Positions 35,732-47,100 of a stretch of 64,000 bases of DNA are shown one piece after another. The translations under genes were made by a program, and so were the position numbers. The stretch is taken from NCBI GenBank assembly GCA_965644295.1, contig CBFFRP010000066.1:186001-250000 (forward strand). The letters run 5' to 3'. Origin of the DNA: Paraphysomonas bandaiensis. Taxonomy: Eukaryota > Protista > Chrysophyceae. How positions within the stretch are numbered: position 1 is the stretch's first letter; each line of letters opens with the position of its first letter. Under the pieces are notes generated by a model. It saw only the letters and a program-made list of their open reading frames with translations, did no database searches and was not told where the DNA came from.

Positions 35732-37227
35732 CCCGACACCACCATTGTCCCACCTCTACCAGCAACTGCACTTGATCCCTTTGTTGCTGCTGCCACAGAT
35801 ACCGAAGGTGCTGCTGCTGTTGCGAATACTTCATATGGCGGTTCCAGTCTCGCACTTCAAAATAATACCGCACCCGATGGTTCAATTGCTATGAGCAATG
35901 ATGCGCCTCTGCTAGATGTGGATTTCTCCTCTGATAGTGAGCTCGAATATCCCGACACCACCATTGTTGCTGCTGCCACAGATACCGAAGGTGGTGCTGC
36001 TGTTGTGAATACTTCATATGGCGGTTCCAGTCTCGCACTTCAAAATAATACCGCACCCGATGGTTCAATTGCTATGAGCAATGATGCGCCTCTGCTAGAT
36101 GTGGATTTCTCCTCTGATAGTGAGCTCGAATATCCCGACACCACCATTGTCCCACCTCTACCAGCAACTGCACTTGATCCCATTGTTGCTGCTGCCACAG
36201 ATACCGAAGGTGGTGCTGCTGTTGTGAATACTTCATATGGCGGTTCCAGTCTCGCACTTCAAAATAATACCGCACCCGATGGTTCAATTGCTATGAGCAA
36301 TGATGCGCCTCTGCTAGATGTGGATTTCTCCTCTGATAGTGAGCTCGAATATCCCGACACCACCATTGTCCCACCTCTACCAGCAACTGCACTTGATCCC
36401 ATTGTTGCTGCTGCCACAGATACCGAAGGTGCTGCTGCTGTTGTGAATACTTCATATGGCGGTTCCAGTCTCGCACTTCAAAATAATACCGCACCCGATG
36501 GTTCAATTGCTATGAGCAATGATGCGCCTCTGCTAGATGTGGATTTCTCCTCTGATAGTGAGCTCGAATATCCCGACACCACCATTGTCCCACCTCTACC
36601 AGCAACTGCACTTGATCCCATTGTTGCTGCTGCCACAGATACCGAAGGTGCTGCTGCTGTTGTGAATACTTCATATGGCGGTTCCAGTCTCGCACTTCAA
36701 AATAATACCGCACCCGATGGTTCAATTGCTATGAGCAATGATGCGCCTCTGCTAGATGTGGATTTCTCCTCTGATAGTGAGCTCGAATTTCCCGACACCA
36801 CCATTGTCCCACCTCTACCAGCAACTGCACTTGATCCCATTGTTGCTGCTGCCACAGATACCGAAGGTGCTGCTGCTGTTGTGAATACTTCATATGGCGG
36901 TTCCAGTCTCGCACTTCAAAATAATACCGCACCCGATGGTTCAATTGCTATGAGCAATGATGCGCCTCTGCTAGATGTGGATTTCTCCTCTGATAGTGAG
37001 CTCGAATATCCCGACACCACCATTGTCCCACCTCTACCAGCAACTGCACTTGATCCCATTGTTGCTGCTGCCACAGACACCGAAGGTGCTGCTGCTGTTG
37101 CGAATACTTCATATGGCGGTTCCAGTCTCGCACTTCAAAATAATACCTCACCCGATGGTTCAATTGCTATGAGCAATGGTGCGCCTCTGCTAGATGTGGA
37201 TTTCTCCTCTGATAGTGAGCTCGAATG
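35732..37227 (+). repeat. 219-nt (73-aa) tandem repeat x7 in the C-terminal tail of paralog A
   Basis: Units start at 35732, 35951, 36134, 36353, 36572, 36791 and 37010; the second has a 36-nt deletion. Confidence 0.95.
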
Positions 37228-37920
37228 CCTGACATTCAAAGAAGTGTAAGGATAATAATCTGAAATATATGTTTTGTGATTTTAACAATATTTGCTTTTT
37301 ATCAGAATTCGTGACGATTATGACAACGATGATTCAACCGTATTTGAACTCTGATATATTCTGTGGAGGACTAAAATCAAGACCAACAGAAGTATGCATA
37401 TCGTGCGACAGGATTTGCGTGGTTTCCAGCGCATACAAGAAACAGAAAGTGAGCTATTGCAGTCGAGGTATGCCGTATTCGGTAATGTAATATTTTGTAA
37501 CAGATTTCATTTTTAGTTCAATTACAGTTAGTCATAACTACATAACTACACTTATAAGAAGTAATATATTTACGTCCAAATCAATTAAATTTATTGTATT
37601 ACTACAGAATAGTACTATCAGAGAATGTGCTTGCATAAACTTACAAATCGTTTGCTAGTGTTCGACAATACTAAGTTCTCAAAATCTTTGGAATCGACAT
37701 TCATAATATGACGATATATGTTGAAAGTGTGTTGAATTATGCAACCGAGATATCCCCATTTTGTCTCAAAAGTAGTATTTCTCACCTTAATTGGGCTCAA
37801 CAGAACGCTCATATCAGCACCGGGATAACATAGACATACAACTTCAATATTCGGGTCAACAGAAACTCTCTTAATTATGATATTGTCAGTCATATGTATG
37901 TGATTTCATTATATTACACA

Positions 37921-38405
37921 TATATTGAAAGTCTTATTATTAGCAATAGGCGTTAAAAACCTGCACCAACTTAGTAGCTAGATGAATGCTAGACAACCTA
38001 GTTAGACCTCTACCTGTAACTAATCAGTACACACGGAAGCTGCTTGTGCGTCGCCGCAAGCACCAAGGTGCGACCACTTCCGCTCTGAGTTCTTACGGTG
38101 AACATCCCGGATGCTTGACTTCAGCAGGCAGCCCAATACCCCGGTTACCCTTGAGGTGGGCCCTGTCCCGGATGCCCTTGAGGTGACCCATTCCCGGATG
38201 CCTGTTTATTCGTCAGGGCCCAAAGACGCCTACACAAGTGACACTTATTGGAGTTCCCTTGTACCACACAAGCATTCGGCTATGAGTGGGCAGCAAAATA
38301 TCTGCTGACTATGTTTGCGGCTCACGTTAGTTTCCCAGAGAGAATCTCTCCGGTACTTATCCACCAGAACACCACGAAAAGGTGCGAGTCCGACTTTGTT
38401 GAGGG
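37921..38405 (-). mobile_element. Retroposon full-length copy 2
   Basis: Reverse-complement match to 4791-5284. 13-bp TSD ATTATATTACACA at 37908-37920 and 38406-38418. Confidence 0.88.
38318..38405 (-). ncRNA. Putative HDV-like ribozyme at 5' end of copy 2
   Basis: CCCTCAAC AAAGTCGGA CTCGC ACC TTTTCGT GGT GTTCTGGTGG ATAAGTA CCGGAGAG ATT CTCTCTGG GAAACTAA C GTGAG; P1 carries a mismatch in this copy. Confidence 0.55.
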
Positions 38406-39186
38406 ATTATATTACACAATTTTAGTGAAATCACAATTATGAGCCAAATTTTAAAAGAAGATCATCAAACACTCCATCCTTGGTTTGATGTGGAAGACCA
38501 TATTGATGTCAGTGCAAACGATTTATCATTAAATCCTGGACTTCGAAACAACTTCAAGAGTATTGCAGGAGATTTTAAGACTCGTATCTGATGTTAAATT
38601 GGTGGTTAGGAGCAGTGGCACCCAGTTCTTACAGGGTTTGAGTCACGTCGTGCTTCACATCATACGCACATCATTCCAAAAAGGTGTACAAGAAGAGGTT
38701 AAGCGTGCTGTATATAAATGTGATGATGCTACTGTAATTAATGCAATATGAATTCTCGTGCGACTACAAGTTTTTACCTTCGTCATCACACTTATGTACA
38801 AATTCAAGACCTCGCAGTAGCTATTTCTTCAGTATCCTTCTGTGATAGGAGTACGTTTGTTGTAGGCATTATAGAAGTTGATCTAGTGAAACTGCTATTC
38901 CCTAAGCATACAGTATGCATACTATTGATTTGGAAAAAAATGAGTTTTTCATTTGTTTTTTAATATTAATCAGGGAACACCTATTTCCTCTAGCAGCAAG
39001 CAAGCTACAACTCGCTATACAATCTAGATATTTGGTTTTCAACACTATGATGATAGGCTACAATTTAACCTTGGGATAAGAAGTATCGTCCCTAGTCTAA
39101 ATCTTAAAACTCGGGATTTTCGGCCTCATGTAAAAAATTTTAGAGCGGGGCGATGTAGCCTCCTGATTGCCTGTGGTTAAATAAAA

Positions 39187-39739
39187 CTATATGCTTGCCG
39201 CCTCGCCCAAACGCCCATTGCCACCATGCCTGTGTGGCCATACCATCTGCTTGATTCGCTTGTTGTATTTGTCACAGGCACGAAATAGCTTGGAATAGTC
39301 ATCACACATAGGAATACAAGCTGTCGAGGCCTTGGTTGCCCGCCTCGTGTAACTTCCCATCTTTCCTACCAGCGTGCACAATTATTTGCTTTTGTCTCTC
39401 CTTCCCTACCCATTCCATTTCCTCCCCATATCTACTCCGTCTCGCACCAGTAGTGTTAACGCAGGATATCGGTTCCAATATATTTTGACTCTATCGTCAT
39501 GCAATACTTGGCACCCGGCATCATCCAAGTAGTACGGGCCAAAAGCCAGGACTGAACAGTCTTATGGGCAGAACTAAATTGATGTATGATATTTCCCCAT
39601 TGATTGACAACGTTGGAAACAGGTTATAGACTCCCCCAGTGCAGCCACACATCCAACATATACGTCAACTTGTGGTTCAGAGGTGCACATAGCCCATACA
39701 GTTACAACCCTTCTTTGTCCGGTTTCATGTAGACGACAC
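39187..39739 (-). pseudogene. Degenerate piggyBac-like transposase fragment
   Basis: Minus-strand fragments RVVYMKPDKEGL*LYGLC, PVSNVVNQWGNII, VLAFGPYYL (decayed DxYY/F) and IPMCDDYSKLFRACDKYN follow the KPxKxG / DNxF / YNxxMGGVD order of piggyBac DDD transposases; stops and frameshifts present. Confidence 0.65.
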
Positions 39740-39743
39740 GTAG

Positions 39744-39965
39744 TGAATGTCTGATTATTAGCAATAGAGGCGTGTAAGAGTCAGAACTAATGTAGCAAAA
39801 CAATTTAACTAACTTGTGCTTAACTCTGATACCCTCCTATTTAGCGCTACGAAAGCTGCTTGTGCGTCACCGCAAGCATCAAGATGCAACCACTTACACA
39901 TTATCGCTCAAAGAAAACGCAGTAAGCACAAGCAGAATGTTGATATATCTGACATCTACTAACTT
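39744..39965 (-). mobile_element. Retroposon copy 4 (3' part only, subfamily 2)
   Basis: tgaatgtctgattattagcaatag... and gctgcttgtgcgtcaccgcaagca match the 3' end. Internal part matches 57610-57690. Confidence 0.72.
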
Positions 39966-40233
39966 TAAGAGTAAACGACATATACATCTGGACTTCTACC
40001 TACTAGCAAATCCATACTTTATTTATGTGTCGCTAGTTCACCATATTTTGCTAATTCCTGGAACGTAGAAGTTTCTTATCTCCATCAAGAGATCCCATTA
40101 GCTTTTATAAGTAATCCGAGTATGAATACAGACTTTTAGGTAGAATTGTTCTCAGTATCTCCTTGTTATTAAGTGTTAGTGTTATCATGCTATGAACCAT
40201 GTACCTCATAGCATAGATATGACTATCGTATAG

Positions 40234-40526
40234 GCAGTCAGCATCTTATTTTTTCGGAAATTAATTGAAGCAAATATACTCTATATCACTACAATATAAC
40301 TACGGCTAAAATACAGATAATTGTCGTCTCAATATTTGAGGCATCTTTCAACAAAAATATACAAAGGATGCGAATACGATAATCTACTGCTGTATAAGTA
40401 TGTACTGAGGGTGGTTTGTATATTGTTTATTTCATCGAAAAATCATTGTTTTTTCTTTTAAAAAGTCACTTTTTTTCACTTTTCACTGAAAAAACGATGA
40501 TTTTCAATGAAATAGACAATGAACAT
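40234..40526. repeat. Non-coding module upstream of paralog B: ~145-bp unit plus AT-rich hairpin; repeated at 60426-60890
   Basis: gcagtcagcatcttattttttcgg...caaaaatatac..ggatgc..atacg, followed by inverted repeat atttcatcgaaaaatcattgttttt / aaaaaacgatgattttcaatgaaat. Confidence 0.8.
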
Positions 40527-41136
40527 ACAGTATCTACAAGATCGCGCCAAGCACTTATTTGATGCTATTAGTCTTCAGATATGCTCACATAAAACTCAAA
40601 TAGATAGATGTATACATCTACCATCGACAGCTTCACTCTCTGTTGGGGTCAGGAGCACAGGTGTTTTTTGGGACTGATATGTAGATTTTTTAGTTAAAAC
40701 TATAGATTTATACATAAATTATGGGTTTTATGAAATAATTAGGGTTTTCATGCCCAAGTTAGGGGATTAATGCTAAAAAGCCCATCACTGTATTGTCACC
40801 ATACTGTCTACCACACATATATAAAACCATATGGTAAAATCAAGCTAGTGTTAGCAGTCATATATACGCATGTCCTTGAGGACATGAGATCTCATAGTAG
40901 TGTACTAGTATATGATGAGATGACAAGATTATGATAGTAGAGACCAGCTCTCATATATCTGATGAGGGGCCAGGTACTGCTGTGTATGGAGATCTCCATA
41001 CATACACAAGCAGCTCTTATGGCATAGGCAGCTCTCATATATATATGTATATACAGGGATATATATATATATATGAAGAGTTATGTATGTGTGTATATGT
41101 ATACAATAGAATATATTTTAGTGTCTATCAGTCGAA

Positions 41137-44100
41137 ATGAATCCATCCATTCGCTGTGTATGTCTGCTTATCAGTTTATTTCACTCTCGTATCGTAACAC
41201 TCACAGTTGCCTCAGTTGTCTCTCAAGAGGCAGCGCTGTGTGACTTCATTCAGGCGACTGATGTTACCTCCATATGGTCTGAGTGGACCTGTGCGGATGT
41301 GGGGAATAAGTGCACTTTCACTGGAGTCACTTGTTCAGGATCGAACATAACCAGAGTGCGCTTATATGATGGGATATCAGGATCTCTCCCCTCATCTATC
41401 GGTGATATTACTGCATTGACATATTTACATCTTGGTAACAACTCTCTCAACGGTACTCTCCCCTCATCATTGGGTCAACTGGCTTCTCTTGTTGAACTCT
41501 ATCTATATGACAATTCCTTATCGGGCGCTCTCCCCCACTCTTTTTCCAGTCTAACCAAATTACAACTTCTAAGGGGTGAGGACAACATGTTCACAGGTGT
41601 CTACCCTTCCGAGCTATGCACAATGACTCAATTAACAACGTTCTACCTGACACAAAACTCTTACCATGAATGCTTGAGACCGACATCTGCACCGACTCCT
41701 TTCCCTACAAGACAGCCATCTGGGATCCCTACAGGACAACCGACAATTAACCTGGAAGAGGCAGCGCTGTGTGATTTCATTCAGGCGACTGATGTTACCT
41801 CCAAACGGTCTGAGTGGACCTGTGCTGATGTGGCGAATAAATGCACTTTCAGTGGAGTCATTTGTTCAGGATCGCACATAACCAGAGTGCACTTATATGA
41901 TGATGGGATATCAGGATCTCTCCCCTCATCTATCGGTGATATGACTGCATTGATGCAGTTGTATCTTGGTTACAACTCTCTCACCGGTACTCTGCCGTCA
42001 TCTATCGGTGATATGACTGCATTGACATATTTGCATATTGGTTCCAACTCTCTCATCGGTACTCTGCCCTCATCATTGGGTCAGCTGACTTCTGTTAGTG
42101 TTCTCGGCCTACATTACAATTCCATAACGGGTCCTCTCCCGTCATCTATCGGTGATATGACTGCATTGACATATTTGGATATGAGAGGCAACTCTCTCAG
42201 CGGTACCCTGCCCTCATCATTGGGTCAGCTGACTTCTGTTAGTGTTCTCGGCCTACATTACAATTCCATAACGGGTCCTCTCCCGTCACCTATCGGCGAT
42301 ATTACTGCATTGACATATTTACATCTTGGTAACAACTCTCTCAACGGTACTCTCCCCTCATCATTGGGTCAACTGGCTTCTCTTGTTGAACTCTATCTAC
42401 ATGACAATTCCTTATCGGGTGCTCTCCCCCACTCTTTTTCTGGCCTAACCAAATTACAACTTCTAAGGGGTGAGGACAATATGTTCACAGGTGTATATCC
42501 TTCCGAGCTATGCACAATGACTCAATTAACAACGTTCTACCTGACACAAAACACTTACCATGAATGCTTGAGACCGATATCTGCACCGACTCCTTTCCCT
42601 ACAAGACAGCCATCTGGGATCCCTACAGGACAACCGACAATTAACCTGGAAGAGGCAGCGCTGTGTGATTTCATTCAGGCGACTGATGTTACCTCCAAAC
42701 GGTCTGAGTGGACCTGTGCTGATGTGGGGTATAAATGTACTTTCAGTGGAATCACTTGTTCAGGATCGCACATAGTCAAAGTGAGCTTATATAATGTTGG
42801 GATATCAGGATCTCTCCCGCCATCTTTCGGTCATATGACTTCACTTGTTGATCTCCGTCTACATTCTAATTCCTTAACAGGATCTCTCCCGTCCTCTATC
42901 GGTGATATGACTGGATTGACACATTTGAGTATTCGCTCGAACTCTTTCAGCGGTACTCTGCCCTCATCACTGGGTCAGCTGATTTCTCTTGGTGATCTCC
43001 TTTTATATAACAATTTCATAACGGGTACTCTCCCGTCATCATTGGGTCAGATGACTTCTCTTGGTTATCTCAGTCTATCTGGTAATTCCTTAACGGGTCC
43101 TCTCCCCTCGTCATTGGGTCAGCTAACTACTCTCAGTGTTCTCTATCTATATGGTAATTCCTTATCGGGTCCTCTCCCCGACTCTTTTTCCAGTCTAACC
43201 AAATTACAACTTCTAAGGGGTGAGGACAACATGTTCACAGGTGTCTACCCTACCGAGCTATGCACAATGACTGAATTAACAACGTTCTACCTGACACAAA
43301 ACACTTACCATGAATGCTTGAGACCAACATCTGCACCGACTCCTTTCCCTACAAGACAGCCATCTGGGATCCCTACAGGACAACCGACAATTAACCTGGA
43401 AGAGGCAGCGCTGTGTGATTTCATTCAGGCGACTGATGTTACCTCCAAACGGTCTGAGTGGACCTGTGCTGATGTGGGGTATAAATGTAATTTCAGTGGA
43501 ATCACTTGTTCAGGATCGCACATAGTCAAAGTGAGCTTATATAATGTTGGGATATCAGGATCTCTCCCGCCATCTTTCGGTCATATGACTTCACTTGTTG
43601 ATCTCCGTCTACATTCTAATTCCTTAACAGGATCTCTCCCGTCCTCTATCGGTGATATGACTGGATTGACACATTTGAGTATTCGCTCGAACTCTTTCAG
43701 CGGTACTCTGCCCTCATCACTGGGTCAGCTGATTTCTCTTGGTGATCTCCTTTTATATAACAATTTCATAACGGGTACTCTCCCGTCATCATTGGGTCAG
43801 ATGACTTCTCTTGGTTATCTCAGTCTATCTGGTAATTCCTTAACGGGTCCTCTCCCCTCGTCATTGGGTCAGCTAACTACTCTCAGTGTTCTCTATCTAT
43901 ATGGTAATTCCTTATCGGGTCCTCTCCCCGACTCTTTTTCCAGTCTAACCAAATTACAACTTCTAAGGGGTGAGGACAATATGTTCACAGGTGTCTACCC
44001 TACCGAGCTATGCACAATGACTCAATTAACAACGTTCTACCTGACACAAAACACTTACCATGAATGCTTGAGACCAACATCTGCACCGACTCCTTTCCCT

Positions 44101-47100
44101 ACAAGACAGCCATCTGGGATCCCTACAGGACAACCGACAATTAACCTGGAAGAGGCAGCGCTGTGTGATTTCATTCAGGCGACTGATGTTACCTCCAAAC
44201 GGTCTGAGTGGACCTGTGCTGATGTGGGGTATAAATGTACTTTCAGTGGAATCACTTGTTCAGGATCGCACATAGTCAAAGTGAGCTTATATAATGTTGG
44301 GATATCAGGATCTCTCCCGCCATCTTTCGGTCATATGACTTCACTTGTTGATCTCCGTCTACATTCTAATTCCTTAACAGGATCTCTCCCGTCCTCTATC
44401 GGTGATATGACTGGATTGACACATTTGAGTATTCGCTCGAACTCTTTCAGCGGTACTCTGCCCTCATCACTGGGTCAGCTGATTTCTCTTGGTGATCTCC
44501 TTTTATATAACAATTTCATAACGGGTACTCTCCCGTCATCATTGGGTCAGATGACTTCTCTTGGTTATCTCAGTCTATCTGGTAATTCCTTAACGGGTCC
44601 TCTCCCCTCGTCATTGGGTCAGCTAACTACTCTCAGTGTTCTCTATCTATATGGTAATTCCTTATCGGGTCCTCTCCCCGACTCTTTTTCCAGTCTAACC
44701 AAATTACAACTTCTAAGGGGTGAGGACAACATGTTCACAGGTGTCTACCCTACCGAGCTATGCACAATGACTCAATTAACAACGTTCTACCTGACACAAA
44801 ACACTTACCATGAATGCTTGAGACCAACATCTGCACCGACTCCTTTCCCTTCAGGACAACCGACAATTAGCCCGGAAAGCTCAGCGCTATGTGATTTCAT
44901 TCAGGCGACTGATGTTACCTCCATACGGTCTGAATGGACCTGTGCTGATGTGGGGAATAAATGCAGTTTCAATGGAATCACCTGTTCAGGATCGCACATT
45001 ACCTCAGTAGACTTACGGAGTGTTGGCATATCAGGGTCTCTCCCGTCCTCTATCGGTGATATGACTGCATTGACATATTTGCATATTCGTTCCAACTATC
45101 TCAACGGTACTCTTCCCTCATCATTGGGTCGGCTGACTTCTCTTAGTTATCTCAACATAGGTAGCAATTCCATAACGGGCCCCCTCCCGTCATCATTGGG
45201 TGATTTGACTGCATTGACATATTTGGATTTTGGTTACAACTCTCTCAACGGTGCTCTGCCCTCATCATTGGGTCAGCTGACTTCTCTTGTTAGTCTCTTT
45301 TTATATGTCAATTCCATAACGGGTCCTCTCCCGTCATCTATGGGTGATATGAATGCATTGACAGTTTTCAGTATTGATTCCAACTCTTTCACCGGTACAC
45401 TACCCTCATCATTGGGTCAGCTGACTTCCCTTGTTAGGTTCTATATAACTGACAATTCCATAACGGGTCCTCTCCCCTCATCTATCAGTGATATGACTGC
45501 ATTGACACTTTTGAATTTTGGTTCCAACTCTCTCAACGGTACTCTGCCCTCATCATTGCGTCAGCTGTCTTCTCTTGGTTATCTCAGTCTATCTGGTAAT
45601 TCCTTAACGGGTCCTCTCCCCTCGACATTGGGTCAGCTAACTACTCTCAGTGTTCTCTATCTATATGGTAATTCCTTATCGGGTCCTCTCCCCGACTCTT
45701 TTTCCAGTCTAACCAAATTACGACTTCTAAGGGGTGAGGACAACATGTTCACAGGTGTATATCCTTCCGAGCTATGCACAATGACTCAATTAACAACGTT
45801 CTACCTGACACAAAACACTTACCATGAATGCTTGAGACCAACATCTGCACCGACTCCTTTCCCTTCAGGACAACCGACAATTAGCCCGGAAAGCTCAGCG
45901 CTATGTGATTTCATTCAGGCGACTGATGTTACCTCCATACGGTCTGAATGGACCTGTGCTGATGTGGGGAATAAATGCAGTTTCAATGGAGTCACCTGTT
46001 CAGGATCGCACATTACCTCAGTAGACTTACGGAGTGTTGGCATATCAGGGTCTCTCCCGTCCTCTATCGGTGATATGACTGCATTGACATATTTGCATAT
46101 TCGTTCCAACTATCTCAACGGTACTCTTCCCTCATCATTGGGTCGGCTGACTTCTCTTAGTTATCTCAACATAGGTAGCAATTCCATAACGGGCCCCCTC
46201 CCGTCATCATTGGGTGATTTGACTGCATTGACATATTTGGATTTTGGTTACAACTCTCTCAACGGTGCTCTGCCCTCATCATTGGGTCAGCTGACTTCTC
46301 TTGTTAGTCTCTTTTTATATGTCAATTCCATAACGGGTCCTCTCCCGTCATCTATGGGTGATATGAATGCATTGACAGTTTTCAGTATTGATTCCAACTC
46401 TTTCACCGGTACACTACCCTCATCATTGGGTCAGCTGACTTCCCTTGTTAGGTTCTATATAACTGACAATTCCATAACGGGTCCTCTCCCCTCATCTATC
46501 AGTGATATGACTGCATTGACACTTTTGAATTTTGGTTCCAACTCTCTCAACGGTACTCTGCCCTCATCATTGCGTCAGCTGTCTTCTCTTGGTTATCTCA
46601 GTCTATCTGGTAATTCCTTAACGGGTCCTCTCCCCTCGACATTGGGTCAGCTAACTACTCTCAGTGTTCTCTATCTATATGGTAATTCCTTATCGGGTCC
46701 TCTCCCCGACTCTTTTTCCAGTCTAACCAAATTACGACTTCTAAGGGGTGAGGACAACATGTTCACAGGTGTATATCCTTCCGAGCTATGCACAATGACT
46801 CAATTAACAACGTTCTACCTGACACAAAACACTTACCATGAATGCTTGAGACCAACATCTGCACCGACTCCTTTCCCTTCAGGACAACCGACAATTAGCC
46901 CGGAAAGCTCAGCGCTATGTGATTTCATTCAGGCGACTGATGTTACCTCCATACGGTCTGAATGGACCTGTGCTGATGTGGGGAATAAATGCAGTTTCAA
47001 TGGAGTCACCTGTTCAGGATCGCACATTACCTCAGTAGACTTACGGAGTGTTGGCATATCAGGGTCTCTCCCGTCCTCTATCGGTGATATGACTGCATTG

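Larger units (their letters stand above)
22848..37249 (+). pseudogene. Giant LRR-mucin-REJ-GPS-like multi-TM receptor, paralog A, with one in-frame TAG at 32931-32933 (truncated allele, young pseudogene or read-through)
   Basis: Start MNPSIRC at 22848 matches paralog B. Exons 22848-33449, 33533-33697, 33761-34380, 34434-34615, 34680-34722, 34792-37249, with the same internal exon sizes as B. TAG aligns to CAG in B (53188-53190). 3361 aa to the stop, 4689 codons if read through. Confidence 0.8.
37750..39180. mobile_element. Decayed repeat ending in a piggyBac-like terminus (...GTGG TTAA); interrupted by retroposon copy 2
   Basis: 37750-37860 and 38535-39180 are similar to 58488-59153. Similarity ends just past ttgcc(t/c)gtggTTAA in both. 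TTAA followed by CC on the minus strand is the piggyBac end pattern. Other end not identified. Confidence 0.5.
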
